A DNA stretch of 61,562 nucleotides, the filler included, from Sphacelaria rigidula (taxonomy: Eukaryota): NCBI GenBank assembly GCA_964200075.2. It is 6 parts of 6 records of this genome, joined end to end, with 100 filler letters (N's around TTAATTAATTAA, not from the genome) between each part and the next. Parts side by side here need not be neighbours in the genome. Positions count along the whole stretch, not along the records: positions 30,836 to 41,011 come from CAXNAA020006986.1; positions 41,112 to 51,287 come from CAXNAA020006987.1; 4 more parts are not named here. One strand, given 5' to 3'. The position numbers and the translations under genes are program-made. This document shows, piece after piece, positions 36,428-49,491 of this stretch. The notes below the pieces were generated by a model. It worked only from the letters and a program-made list of their open reading frames with translations, made no database searches and was not told where the DNA came from. Numbering within the stretch: position 1 is the first letter of the stretch; each line of letters starts with the position of its first letter.

Positions 36428-36885
36428 CGTTTGGAAATTGCTTCAACCAGGCTATCTAGGGTTAGCGTGACCAGCGTCGCTGCAGCAGCTGACGTTTAAG
36501 AAAACGTGAACGAGCGCATCCAAGACGTTGCATAGCGTTCATCACTGCAGAAGCTCATGTTGGGAAATGGTTCAACACGCTGCTTGAGGGGTTCTCGTGC
36601 TCGCACAGCCGCACCAGCTGCTTCGAGAACATTGATGCAAACAGCCGACAAATGTGCTGAATGATGTACGATCACCACGCAACGGGAGTTCCCGGCGGTA
36701 GCCAATGGCACTACTGGAGGCACTGCGAGATTGTCTAGCGCTGAAGGCGTGGGTATGGGTGCGGTTGAAGATACAGCGGAGTGTCTGAAGCGGCTGTAAC
36801 GGAGAACTGCAACCGGTACGATTGAACAACGATTGCGGGTTGGCAGGACAAGATATGGTCCCATACCGACGAAGGCAGGGTGAAC

Positions 36886-37623
36886 TGCTGTAGGAGAAGT
36901 GTGAATTATTACACCTCTGGTACACTTGCGAGTGCATACTGCGTGTCTGACGATACAGCGATTTGGATATAAGTTACATGACATTAGGTCATGGAATATC
37001 CCATGGAGTCTGACCATGACTGCTTCACGCGTGATATGTATGCAAGGAGGTACGTGGTTTCTTCCGATCACCAAGGCCGAATGTTTGTAATGTATGTTTG
37101 TCAAAAACATCTGTCTTGAAGTGTCCAAGCCCCGAAGAGGAAGCCCTTGGATCAGTCTTCTGACCTTGTTCTGAGTCCAGGGGGGTCTATAGAGGGGAGC
37201 GGGTCGACTTGCGCAAAGCTTGGTGACAAGTGAAGAGAATGTGGCATTTATCGTCGCAGGAGTGTAAGAGTTGGGTAAGGCATGGACGGTAGCGACAGCA
37301 GAAAGGAAGGAAGAAGCAGTGTCAAAGGCCATCTGGTCGGCTTCTGTGGGTCGCTTTTGGGGTCTCCGAACTAGGCAGCAGAAAATGGACTGAGCGCCGG
37401 GCTTGCGAAGAGTTACGGCGTTATGATAATGCTTGCAGGACTGTACCACGCGCAGTGCGACGGGACGCTGTGCGATCAAGTGCCATTTCTTCGAGAAGTC
37501 TGGGTTGCGTCCAAAGGTTGGCCAATGTCTTCTTCGGGAGCTACGTTCGATCCATGTTTGGAGGTGATGCGTCCCGGGTGATGCGTTTTTGGCGAAGAAA
37601 TTTACTGCAAGTTATGTGTAACA
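36886..37623 (+). mobile_element. Possible LTR (partial second copy at 27672-27958)
   Basis: Starts TG after purine-rich GAAGGCAGGGTGAAC, contains CTATA, ends TGTAACA followed by TGG. About 300 bp align with the insert in contig 3. Confidence 0.4.
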
Positions 37624-37646
37624 TGGCTATGGGAGCTTGCCCATAC

Positions 37647-38088
37647 AACACGGGATTTCGTAAATTGGGGATGGATGTTTCAGTGAGGATGAGAAACCCG
37701 GAGAATGACAACTTTCGTATCCACACCAAATATTTGAAATATGGCTCCGTTTCTTCGCTTGCTAGTAGCTTTTGACAACTACTACACCGCCATATATATT
37801 TGGAATCCGATAACCAAAATGTTGGGGTCATGGGTGAAGAACGATTTTGGGGAATTCCAGCGATCTGATCGGATCATCTCGATTCCCCATAATGTTTTCT
37901 TTACATAGGACCCCAACATGTCGGTTACAAGGATCCAAATTTGAATGGCGTATTGTAGTTGTTAATGGCTACCAGTAGTTTAAGGAGTGGAATTATTATT
38001 CGAAGATTCGGTGTGTATACGAAGGTTTTATTTTCCGGGCTCCCATGCTCAAAACAAAATCCATCCCCAATTTGTAAAAGATCGTGTC
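37647..38088. mobile_element. MITE family B copy with ATAC target-site duplication
   Basis: ATAC|AACACGGGATTTCGTAAATTGGGGATGG...CCATCCCCAATTTGTAAAAGATCGTGTC|ATAC. Confidence 0.8.
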
Positions 38089-38522
38089 ATACCTGGGTTG
38101 AGAGTTTTGAATGACCTGTTGAGGTGCAAGTTACCTCGGATGAGCACAGGAAAGGAAATATGGACACACCGTTGCAAGAGTATGGGGACTTGACCTGGGG
38201 CGCACGGGGGCGCATGATCTATTTAGCGAAGGCTGCAATGAAACTATCGCAATATATCGAAGATGGGACTTTTTTGAAGTCCTTGGTATACGATATGGTA
38301 TTGTTCCCATAAGTTCACGTTCCAAAAATTGAGGAGTACGCAAATGATCGTCAGACGCAAGGGACATGGAGGATTTCCCTGAGACATGTTTAGCAAAGAT
38401 ACATTATACCCCAAGAGTGGGGTGCGATGCCGTCAGTCAAGGCTTGGCCGAGCAAAACTCACGCTCGAATTGGAGGAAAGTAAAGTGTAAAACCGCCACT
38501 TGAGGGGAGGTCGAGCAAAGTA

Positions 38523-39362
38523 CGAGCTGGGCCAGCTTAAAAGCTGCTAAAACTTGCTCACACCACAGCTTCCCCAGTTTCCCGAATGAACCCGATGTAA
38601 GCATAGAGCAATGCTACGGTAGGGGTGCACCTTTTCCGCGAAATTATCTCTAGTTCAGGGACTCCTGACGATTCAAGATGCACAAAAATATGGGTCAGGA
38701 CATCCCCGTTTGCAAATTCATTGGGGATATCCCCAGTACATTGGATTAGTAATCCTGGCGTACTTCCACATATTTTCATAGGTCGCGTTTTGCATGAGAT
38801 AAAGGGCTCCTAAAAATTCTAACCTCTGAAAATATTTGTGCATCCCTACCGTAGCATCACTCCATATCCCTGAAGTGTAGAGCAACCTGGTGACAAACGG
38901 CAACGCCGCTGAATGAAAAAAAAAGAGATGTACTGCATGATGTATGACCTTAACGACAGATGAAAAAAAAGAATCTGTTGGAATTCGAACTTTTGACCTT
39001 CATAATTGGAGTCTCCCATCAATTGATTTATGGGGGTGCAGCAGCGTCACGGGGAATGTTGAACGCACGGCCCAATTCGACGAGTCTTGAGCTGAAATTT
39101 CAGGAAGACCTTCTGCGCCCAAGAGACTGATACTACACGAGTCCAGCTGTAGATTTTTTGTTTTTTACCGGACTTGAGACATTATCTTGTTTTTGCTGAA
39201 ATTTCAAATGCCCATCACTTTTTTTATTTTATTTGCTGGACCCGTGATCTTCTGCATTTTGATCATTTAAAGCTGCTGTCAAAATTTCAGCGTCCAACTC
39301 CTGATATCGCGCCGTGCATCGCATGAGCGAGATTCACTCGTACTCGTGGCTGGCCCAGCTCG
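38523..39362. mobile_element. Tc1/mariner-like non-autonomous element (family C), TA TSD, containing a nested family A MITE
   Basis: TA|CGAGCTGGGCCAGC ... GCTGGCCCAGCTCG|TA: perfect 14-bp TIR. Confidence 0.75.
38606..38862. mobile_element. MITE family A, complete, CATA TSD (Sola-like termini)
   Basis: CATA|GAGCAATGCTACGGTAGGGGTGCAC ... GTGCATCCCTACCGTAGCATCACTC|CATA. Confidence 0.85.
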
Positions 39363-39473
39363 TAGTGCTCGTGGAAGTTTAGGCTACGATATAATTTTCA
39401 AAAGGGCTGGTCTGGTCGATGAAGCATCCACTCTCCAGTTTAGGGTGTTGTGAACTACTAAAAAAAAGGATTA

Positions 39474-39895
39474 AACACGGGATCTTACAAATTGGATATG
39501 GATCCTTTATTGAGGATGAGAAATCCGGAGAGGTAAAATCTTCGTATCCACACCAAATCTTCGAAACATTGTTCCATTTCTTCACATACTGATACCTACT
39601 GAAATTAGGATTTCGGTCACCGGAATGTTGGGGTCCTAGGTGGAAAACCAATTTTGGGGAATGTCGGGTGTCCGAACGGACGCCAAAATGGTTCCGATTT
39701 TTTTTTCACCTGGGACTCTAACATTTCGGTGATCGAAATTCAAATTTCTATGGCGTGTAGCAGTTGTCAATAACTATCCGTAGGTGAACAAATGGGACCA
39801 TATTTCGAAGATCTGGCGTGGACACGAAGATTGTAATTCTCCGGGTACCTCATCCCCAATGAAAGATCCATCCCCAATTTGTAAGATCCCGTGTT
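39474..39895. mobile_element. MITE family B copy
   Basis: AACACGGGATCTTACAAATTGG ... CCAATTTGTAAGATCCCGTGTT; flanks ATTA/CTTA. Confidence 0.85.
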
Positions 39896-40580
39896 CTTAC
39901 TGTAGATGGCCAGGCACGTGCGTATGAGCTAAAATCGATGGTCGAACAAGTCGTATATGCGTAGTTTCTTGACTGGTGATATATGGCAGGAAGAGTATGT
40001 CAGGACAGGATAATCACCATGTCCTTCTCATGGTGACCTCTCTAGGCTGTAAACATGGCATTTCACAAGTTGGGGATGAATCTTTTATTGGGAACGGGTG
40101 AGGTCAAAAGTTGGACCAAAAAATACCACATATATTACTCGAAAATGAAGTTTTGTCACTTAACAGGGGATTCTATAAAATGAGGTTCATCAATGAAATG
40201 AGGTTTGAAGACCCTAGCCGTTGAATGACAAAAAGCCCTCATGAGTACCGCACGACATCGCTGATGTGCAATTTTTGGGAGGAGTAGGAAGTGCGTCCGT
40301 GGTTTCACATGCCGCCCATCCCTGGTTAGCTGCGGGCGACGGAGCATAACAACATTTGTTTGATTGTCGACGATGTTATCACTATTGTTTGTCTCGAGGC
40401 TCGTGTCCAGACAAAAATCTCGGGAGTCAAGTTGCTGTCAGTAAGGTCAGTAAGGTGCTGTCAGTGACGTGGTGGGGGGAAATCACTGCCAACGCAGTGA
40501 TGTGCCGAGCGGATGATTGGGCGTCCACTGTCCTGAAGAATTGACGGCCGATGCGTAACGTGAATAATTCATTGCACGAC

Positions 40581-40925
40581 TCAACCGTACTGTAAATACC
40601 CGTCGAGCTTTCCAATCCGGTTCGAGCATATATGAGGCGGCAATGTCTCTGTCGAAAGAGAAATCGTTGGCATCCACCCCAAGATCGCTTCGTACGGCCC
40701 CGCCATACACACGATCGCAACACCGCGATCTTGAACATTCACGGCCACAACCTTCGCCACTACCATACCTTTCTTCACTAGGCGAGCACTCTTGGCCGTG
40801 TTGACCACCTTACATACTAACGGCAACTGTGGGTCCCACCACTGCACTCCCCTGGCTACCCCTATCTCGGCTTCCTCATCTGAATCGAACAACTTTCGAG
40901 GTTCGACCAACACGAGTTGACGTTC
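40581..40925 (-). mobile_element. Gypsy pol fragment (protease-RT linker), abutting a family A MITE at 40927-41011
   Basis: LVEP..IGVARGV..LVCKVVN..LVKKGMVVAKV resembles the gypsy inter-domain region. GAGCAAAGCTACGGTAGGGGTGCAC follows. Confidence 0.45.
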
Positions 40926-41785
40926 CGAGCAAAGCTACGGTAGGGGTGCACTTTTTCGCGAAATTTTGTCTGGTTCAGGGGCTCCTAACGCTTCTAGACG
41001 CACAAGAATATNNNNNNNNNNNNNNNNNNNNNNNNNNNNNNNNNNNNNNNNNNNNTTAATTAATTAANNNNNNNNNNNNNNNNNNNNNNNNNNNNNNNNN
41101 NNNNNNNNNNNAAGCTCTCCATCGCGATTGATACTGCTTGATACATCTGTACATTGCCTGATGCACACAACACCCAATTATAGTACAGACAGTTTGTACC
41201 TAAAAATAGCTTGGATGAAATTTTCGGTCTTCATCTAAGCCTGCCGTTACAAACATTCGTTGATTTTCAGCAACATGAAGCCACCGTTTCATGCATATGC
41301 AGGACACGTCATTCCTAACCAGCCTCGTTGGTCGTTCTGGAGGCCCAGTCCGAAAAGGGTTAATTCTCGTTTCTCTTTTTGTTGATTTTCGCAAAGGGCG
41401 GTACAAGGTACGTGAGCTTCCTTGTACAGTGATGTAAGAGCGCCACTATAACAAAATCTTTCTACGCATTGCGCAGTTGTTTCTTGTATACGCTTTTATT
41501 CGTGTCAAGCGCTGGTTGGGGTATTTTTTTTGCGGCTTCCACGTACGTCCTTACCGCCCCTACCTTTTCGGTTGTGCATACTGCGTTGTGTTGCAACGAT
41601 GCTGGGCGCGTGCTCACGAATGCCTTCGAGTCAGCTTGTGTGTGTGGCGCTGCAGTATTGTTCCGCTAATTTTTCTTCATCGATCCCCTTTACGAACTTC
41701 ACTCATATGAAAACAATCTTTGAAGTTTTTCTTACCGCGCCATCGCGTCACACCGCGCTCTTTCGTGGAAAACTCGTGTGCACAG

Positions 41786-42012
41786 CCATCACCCTGGGTG
41801 TTATAGAGGAAGCCAAAAGACTGGGAGTCACTCGCCTTTGGCTCCAACCAGGAAGTGAGAACGACGAGGTTCTCTCGCGGGCCGCAGAACTCGATCTACA
41901 ACTCATACACGGCGAGCCCTGCGTGCTGGTCGAGCTAGGCTACTACGCTCCCGGGGGACTGGGTAGCAGTACCGGTGGCGACGCAAGTGGTCGGGTGGAA
42001 GCAGCCCTGTGA
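41786..42012 (+). CDS. CoA-binding domain protein (YccU-like), last exon
   Basis: After the CACAG acceptor: ITLGVIEEAKRLGVTRLWLQPGSENDEV..A....LIHGEPCVLVEL, carrying the W.QPG and C..VE signature. Confidence 0.75.
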
Positions 42013-42049
42013 CGTCGAACCTGGAGATTGTTGTCATCCTCTTCTCACG

Positions 42050-43940
42050 ATGCGGAAGTTTGCGGAGCCCGCAACGCAGAGCAGAGTTTGTGCTACAGCA
42101 ACGCCCACGTCCACTGCTAGCGCTGTGACTTCCACGCTACTGACGGTGGCCTCCACTGCCGCGTTTGTTGCCTCCACGGCCGTCCTTCTTACTGGCCTCG
42201 CACAACATTCAGGCATGTTGTATTATTTCACTCAAGATTCAACGGCCGCAACGGCGGCCACCACAAAACCCGCAGGAGAATCGATCGGATCTGCGTTGCC
42301 CCCCTCGTATTCCGCTTCAAGTCTCTCGTCGTCGTCGTTCAGCATTGGCGGGTCAGCGTGGGGCACCAGCAGCGGCGGTGGGAGCAGAGGCCACCGCCAA
42401 CCCTCCTGCGAAGCGAGCGATGATCCGGACTACACTTGTCTGTTGAGTCGGCCACCGGGTGCTTTTGACAACGAATTTAGTATATACCTTTCTTCGTCTC
42501 TTTCGGGAGGGCATCAGGGGGAGAGACGCGGTGGAACGCCGCTGCTCAACGTCAAGTTAGTTGTTTCGGGAGTCGCGAACGCCGTGGCAAACGGTGGAGA
42601 GATGGTGGAAAGGAGCGGGGTGTGGGCGTCATTAGGGTTTTCTCCCAACGGGAGGATGGCCGGACCGAGCGAAGCCGTAATTGGCGTTCTGGGAGGGGGA
42701 GAAAGCGGCCAAGGTATGTGTGTGTGTGTGTGTGTGTGTTTAAAATATTTTGTGTGTTTCCCCGCCGGGGTGGAGCTACTCCGCTGTCTCTGAACGTCTG
42801 CAATTTTCCTTGTGCTATTTGGGAGCAATGTGCACCGTGGGTGCTACCGACTTGTGTGTTTTGGATTGTTGTCGGCAGTAGTGCATCAGGGCGCATAGAT
42901 GCGTGAGTTTGCCCTGGGGTAGACTGCGCCTTGAGCCATGACATTACCGTAGGTTGGCTGGAAAGTTTCACTACATCATTATGGAAAAACGATCCAACTC
43001 TCCTCTCGTACTGCGAATTATCTGCTGTATACAGGGGGAGAGATGGGTTGATTCCTTGAGACCACGGAGTCATCCCGAGAAAGGGGAGGGGTTCGAAGCG
43101 CGACAAATAAATGAAGAAAAATAGTAGCAACTAAAAAACAGAAAAAAATGGCCTTGAGCGTAGACTTGATGACCACCGTAGCCCCCATGCTGATTGTGGA
43201 GAGGTGCCGTGTCATAGTACTCATACCTACGTGAGTGACGGGGATCGTGTTGTGTCCGCGATTAGCCATTCGTGAGTTAACATTTGTCTTGATGCAGAAG
43301 GTACAACGCAGAAGTCTGTAACGACACTCGAGGTATCGCTATACAAGGGGAAAACCCCACCGTCCGGGCCCGCCCTCATGACTCCTCGCCAACTCAGGCT
43401 CCTGTTTCCCTCTATGTCACACTCTAAACGTGGTCTTGCTGTACTTTGTTTTTAGGTCCGGGAGCCCTTCGGTATCGCATGGATGGATACAATTCCTCTT
43501 CCGTCATGCCTCTGGGTAACCGTGAACAGATCCTCACCGAAGCGACGGTGGAAACAAGCGCCGACGGGTCCTTGATCGTCCGCTTTTCCCGCCCTTTCAG
43601 CGACCCACTATCACCACCGCCACTGTTGCCACGCAAGCTCGACTGTCGCCCTCCACCGAACGAGGGGGAGGACGAGAAAATGGAGGGGGCGGGGGGCGGG
43701 GGGGGCGAAGCATCCGTCGAGAGACTGGACTTAAATCGCGGTGCGCACGCAGAGTTGTGCCCTGCCCCTGACAGCGGCTTGATGGAGGAGGAAGAGTCGA
43801 AGAATGAGATTGCGCTGGCTTGGATGGACCCCAGAGACGAGGGAGTGGTGGTGCTGTGGGCATATGGTTCTCGGGCGCCTTGGCCAAGCTATCACGAGGC
43901 CACTGGATCGTTTGTGCTGCCCGTATTGCCGGGTGTCTGA
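42050..43940 (+). CDS. DOMON-domain protein with N-terminal hydrophobic anchor; exons 42050-42713 and 43456-43940
   Basis: VWASLGFSPNGRMAGPSEAVIG..LIVRFSRPF..VVVLWAYG..SYHEATG are DOMON motifs, including the Met/His heme-ligand positions. Phase-1 GT-AG intron 42714-43455. Confidence 0.72.
43030..43125 (+). mobile_element. SINE 3' fragment in the DOMON intron
   Basis: Matches 56895-56981 (GGGGAGAGA..GGTTGAT.CCTTG.GACCA.GGA.TCATCCCGAG.AAGGGGAGGGG). Confidence 0.65.
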
Positions 43941-44399
43941 GTTCGGTATTAGGTTCGCGCTTGGGCGGTTGTTGTGTACGATTGCCAGGTTTGGCTTAGT
44001 TGGATGTGTAGGTTCTCTGCTACTCCTGGTGTGGTTCTGTTTCGTTGCGCCTTCGTGCGCTTATACGTGTGTTGTGTGCCTTCTGTGTACTTTTTCGTCG
44101 ACTCTCCAGCTGCTGTCAACTTTGTCGAGAAGATAGTAGCGGCGGTGTTGATTGTGTGCTGGCGGTCTACATTTTGTCTCTCGTCGATGCTGATACTCCG
44201 AACGAACTGCCCACCCTATGGTGGAGTCTCACACAGGTGTCCCGTACGAGGGAGTATTGGATAAAAAGTCCACATGGTGGTATCAATGGTCACCATATCA
44301 CCCCAGAGGTGCGAACAACGTCTCGGCGTTTTGCATGGTTTTGTCTGCCTTATCGCTCGCGGAGGTTTCGAAATAGTTGATTTCGCTGGCGACGTCTGC

Positions 44400-45000
44400 C
44401 GGCTGCTTATAAGCCCCCGTCGCACTTCGCGTTGATAATGTCTACGTGCAGTGAAGGTGTAGTCAGCCATTCGCAAGACTCGAGCTCTGACGACACGGGG
44501 ATGAGTCTGGACCGCAAGCAAGTGATGGTGTGAAAGTAGACCGCGCGACTGAACACATGAAAGTCTCCATTGAATGCCAGCTGTAGGCGAGCGGGCTATC
44601 TCCAATGCTCAGTCCAATGCGTGCCAGATATTATACGTCCATTCGATCGGTCCCGTGTGCATGATGATCAGCCGCACGTTTCAGGTAGACAGTTGCTCAT
44701 CGGGAGACATGTTACCTCCCCAAGACTGGTTATTGCTTGACCCGAGTGAATAATATCTTCAGCAACGTTTGAGATAACCATAACTCCCAGCTGTGCGAAA
44801 ACAACAGCAGAATTCGACGCGTATTTTGTCGCTTTGATTCCCGCATGATAGGCCGAGCCGACTGTGCTATTTGCCAGTCCTTGTTGTTGGACGTGGGGTA
44901 TGAACCGATGCCTTGTTTGGCCTCTTTGTACCCCAATACACATCACGTGCATTTCACCATCGATACGGGCCGCCAAGCCGCCAGAGTAACTGGTACATTT
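44400..45000 (-). mobile_element. Highly decayed Ty1/copia RT-RNase H remnant
   Basis: VGSAYH..AVVFAQLGV..SN..H..A..L and GDSPLAYSWHS..SVARST weakly resemble copia VGSL.Y / ISW.S..VA.ST motifs. Confidence 0.35.
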
Positions 45001-48000
45001 TGAAACCGGTCAGATTCATGCTATGGTACGGGTTGCAGGTTTGGGCCTAGATATTTCTCATGAAAGGGCTGCTGAAGTTGGGAAGCACACAAGACAGTGC
45101 ATAAAGGACTTTTCCGTTTCAAAGTTCATTCGAGATACTGTATCCCCATCCCATTGATTGCAATGCTACTGTAGTCGTGGCGTGTTCTCACAACATCCCG
45201 TGAGTCATTTTTTGGAAGAGATGTGCAGAAAAGAGGTCCTCACAATTCAAAGTTGAGAAATTTGTTGTGCACCCCTACCGTGGCATGATCCGTGACGCTG
45301 ACGTCATGGATCTGGTTCTCGGCAGCAGGTAAGAAATGTCGAAATATGAAATATTAGTTCAGGATCACCCGCTTGGGACTGCTGGGGCGTACGTAGGGTC
45401 ACGACGTTCCAGCGAGGGGTTGTTGTGAGGGTGTTACTAGCTGGCACAAATGATGGTCGAAAAGTAATTGCTCAGAGAACGTTTGAGAAAAAAAAAATGG
45501 AATCAAAGGGGCTATCTACCGTGGCATCAAAGAAGTTCGACAAAAGCCCAAACACACTCCCCGAACACACTCCCTATCGTTTTACGACCAGCAGCTACGG
45601 TCTTTTTCGCGGATCGAGTGTTTGATTTCCGTAGTTGAAAGACTTGGGGCGTCGCTAGCAAAATAATAAGGGGAAGGTGATCAAGGTTGACGTGGTGCGG
45701 AAATTTTGATCGATCCCGCGATGCCGACAAGTCAGGAATGTAAATGCTGCTACTAGCCGCAGTGAGCTACAAGTACGAAGCTGTTCACGGTATATATACC
45801 ACTGAGTATGGTCCATGAACAGTGTTACTGAACATTGACTACGGAAGGAGACGCAATTCCGTAACAATATGGCCATCGTAAAAAAATGTAAGTAGTAGTT
45901 GAATGATGGCACGATAGCCCCCCCCCCCGCGCGCGCGCGCGCAATGGGCCGAAACATTGTCACGAAGAAACGGCCATACAGCGCATCGAGATGGTGGGTG
46001 GCACAAAAACTTGAAATTTATTACGACAACGCTCAGGTAGTTGGTTTCATAACCACGTCTTGATTTTTTTTCAAGAATGCGGATATAGCTGCATTCAGGA
46101 ACCACTTCGCAAGTCTTGACATTTTTTTCGAGAATGCAGACATGGCTCATTGTAGGAGCCAGGTCTAAACACTCCATCTTTCAATTTTGCTCGATCCCCA
46201 CTACACTTTTCTGGAGGGTCCTATCGTGGAACCATTCATTCGATCAGTTAACCGGTTGTCCTATGCCTGTCAACGCCTACATGATCCACGTATACCCCGC
46301 ATCCCGAATCGTACCAGACGTACATCGTGCGCAAACGCTCGAAGCTCTCTAAAGCGATACTAAGAGTAGTGGAACGTTTCTGCACGCCGAAGCCCTGTCA
46401 TCAAAAGGAAATATCTCTTGAGTACCAACCAGGTGAGATATTTTGCACAACAAGAGCAAAACCTGACGCCCGGTGTATTTCGCGAAAATGTCAAGAACGC
46501 ATACACACACAAAACCATGTTACCGTACGCAGCAGGTGAGCAATCTCTCTTCAGCGGCGAGTGAAACATTTTCATGAAGAGAAACAAGAAAGAACAACTC
46601 CTTAAATTCCTTCAAGACAGTGTCAAAACACAAAACAGCAATTACGACGACGATAGACTTCTCTCAATCTGCTCGTGAAGGGTATTTCTAAGCAAACTAC
46701 AAGCTTCGAGTCACAAGCCCTGAAAAATCCCTCGGACAAAAACACCAACACAAAAAACATATAAAAACAAAGTCAAGATCTCCCTCATGAAGCAACGAGT
46801 GCCGTAGTTACAGGGACAGTAATACATATAATAAGACGCTGTAAATCCCACCAAGACAAGAACGAAACAGAAAACCCCTCGAAACAATGATCGTGAGCGT
46901 TCTTCAGAGAATGTCGCCTTCCCCACATTATATCCTACTATTTTCCACGTATCTGGCTGCCGCATCGTCGTATGGTGCCCGCTCGACGTTATTTTCTGAG
47001 ACGTGAGAGATAGCTCTACACACGCGTGCTATCGCCAGCAAACGAAGAATGCTGTGTGCACAGCTATACGTGTAAGTCTGAACAACGTACAACAAAAACA
47101 ATCCTCCACTCGTCCCCGCGCGTTTCTAGTAGGAGAAGAACGAACCCCGAGTGCCTGCATCAAAACCCTTCCTGGTAGACACGGTCCTTGCGCTGCCAGT
47201 CCGCCGTCGGGCACTGAATACGCCATACAACAGCAGGGGACGAAGGCATGTAGGACAGGAAGGCAGGAAGAGATAACAATGTGACACTCTTTTCTTGTGG
47301 AGTGAACAGGCCGCTCGAAGCGAGGCGTTTTTACGCGACCTATCTCCCGATCCATACGTAGTGGTACCGTCTTGATACTTCTATACATATTTCAGGACGA
47401 TGAGTCATGGACCAAAGGGGAAAATGCATATACCAAAAACTTGAAAATACTGGAACTCGAACTTACATTGTTTTTCCTCGCCAAAAATAGAACTGTGGTG
47501 TGGTTCGAGACGACGAGGGAATCTCCTAGCCGCACCGATATTGTTTCGCCTACACGTACGTACGTCGTACTTTCAGTGCGTGTTCGATAATACTTTGCTT
47601 GTGTTTTTTTTCATGACTGGCATCTGAGTTGTGCAGTGATCACACCCTGGACAAAAGATTCCATTGCCGAAAAGTATAAAGCGTAGAGTATCGACCATTG
47701 CATCTCTTGCAATAGACAATGGATTCGATACTGTGTACAGTTATTATTATTATTATTATTGAATCCTCTGTCCAGGGTGTGGCAGCGATAGAGAGGGAGG
47801 GGTGTGACGTTGCCGAAGACATTACCTGCGGGGGACGGATCGATGGGCAAGGCGGGATAACTACCCACGATTACAAATAGGAGCGTGTTGATCTTAACTA
47901 TAAACCACTGTACACGTATCTCATTAATAGTGATAACATACCAGCCCAGAAGCGTATATTTATATATACCTCGTCACACTACCGAACTCACCCACACTCT

Positions 48001-48169
48001 AGTCTACGACAAGTCGGGAAATGCTAACACACTCCGTGACACATAATGGCCAACGACCGTGCCTTTGTCGCTTGACTGTGTAGAGGCGACTCACTTTCTC
48101 AGCAACTCGACCGAAAAATATCTACATTGGAACTCCAAAACAGCACCACGGCACTGGTGTAGCAAATAC

Positions 48170-48752
48170 CTGACTCTCGACGCCACAGAGTCCGTGCCAC
48201 TCGTCAGTGATGACGTAGCGGTGGTCTTGGGTTTGTCCGGTAGCTTCTTTGCCGCTACCCTGGTGGCCGTACCCTTGATCGACTTTTCGGTTGTCATCGT
48301 AGCTGCCTCACTTCGTGCCCCTGGCTCTTGTTGCTTGTTCTGGTCCAGCGGACCCAGAGACCTTCGTCGCGGGGTCGATGCCCCTCGAGGGTTCTTCTTG
48401 TGGGTGCTGGTCGCGTTACAGGAGACTGGCGGCGATGTTGCGGAGTGTGTGCTTGCGAGCCGGGATGAGCCGGTCCTTTGCCGCGTCGTCTTGGTCATGG
48501 CGGGGGCAGCTGGGGCGGGTGTGACCGACGCGGTGGAGTCAGCGGCGTTAAACATTGAGCGACAAAAGGATGACTTGGTGCCGGTCGGAACGATCGTCGG
48601 GACGGAGAGAGTGGCAGGGAAGGCGGCAGTAGTCGTGGGCTGGGCCGACGCAACGTTTGGCGCTGCGTACGGGGCGGGGGCAGTCTTCAGGCGTGCGCTA
48701 GCTGGAGTCTTGCGGGGAAATCGCGCGACCCTTCGTTCATTTTCCTTGTTGA

Positions 48753-48792
<40 letters not shown>

Positions 48793-49491
48793 GCTCCTGC
48801 TATTGTCTTTCTTTTTGGAGTTAGTATCCCTGGTGGATTTGGTGTTGGTGTTAGCGTTGTTATCGCTGCTGCTGGTGGTGATGGCAGTGTTGTCTACCGT
48901 ATTACTAATAATACGCATCCCTCGAAGGGTGCCTGCGGCGGCATGGCGTTTCTTGTGAGAAGTCGGCAACGGTAAGAGGGTGGTGTTGTCGCCGTTATTG
49001 TTGTTGACGTTGGTGTTGTTGCTGTCGATGGTGTTGTTGTTGGCATTGCTGCTGTTGTCGTCGATATTGATGTTAACCTTTTTGTTTTCGGTGTTGATGC
49101 CAGTGTTCTTATCGTTGGTGGTGGTGGTGATGGCAGTATCACTCATGCTCATTTGGATCGCGGCAGCATGGAGTTGTCCCTGAGACTCCGGCGACGAAAA
49201 GGACAGGCGTGGGGACCCCATGACCGAAGAGAGGTCAAGGGCACTAGCGGCACCCGAGGTCATGGGCTCAGAAAAAGAAAATCCGGCGAAAGCGCCCTTC
49301 AGCTTTGCCGGAGTTGGAGTCCCGACTGTTATGAGATGGGCAGTCGCGTCTACCAGACGTCCTGCACTCTCCAGCTCGAGCTCTTGCTCCCGGAGCGCTT
49401 TTGCCTGCTCACATACGATGCAGTTGTTTCGGCTCCTAGTCTCCGCGAGCTCTCGCCGGAGCTCAGCGTTTTCCCTTCCAAGGACAGGCAC
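48170..49491 (-). CDS. Large exon of a coiled-coil plus Asn/Thr-rich low-complexity protein; possible 4-nt terminal coding exon at 47822-47825
   Basis: 1.3-kb open frame (RENAELRRELAE.., poly-N). AAG acceptor before 49491 and AG|GTATTT donor at 48169. CCCCGCAG|GTAA would complete Arg-stop. Confidence 0.6.
48747..48792. repeat. (GTT)n microsatellite encoding poly-Asn on the minus strand
   Basis: About 15 near-perfect GTT units. Confidence 0.9.

Noticed and set aside
36496-37479. 327-aa minus-strand ORF
   Set aside because: No recognisable domain. It spans decayed FNIP units and an LTR-like repeat whose second copy is non-coding.
48059-48958. Plus-strand 299-aa ORF with poly-Leu (membrane protein)
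   Set aside because: It is the antisense shadow of the Asn-rich minus-strand exon and its GTT microsatellite.
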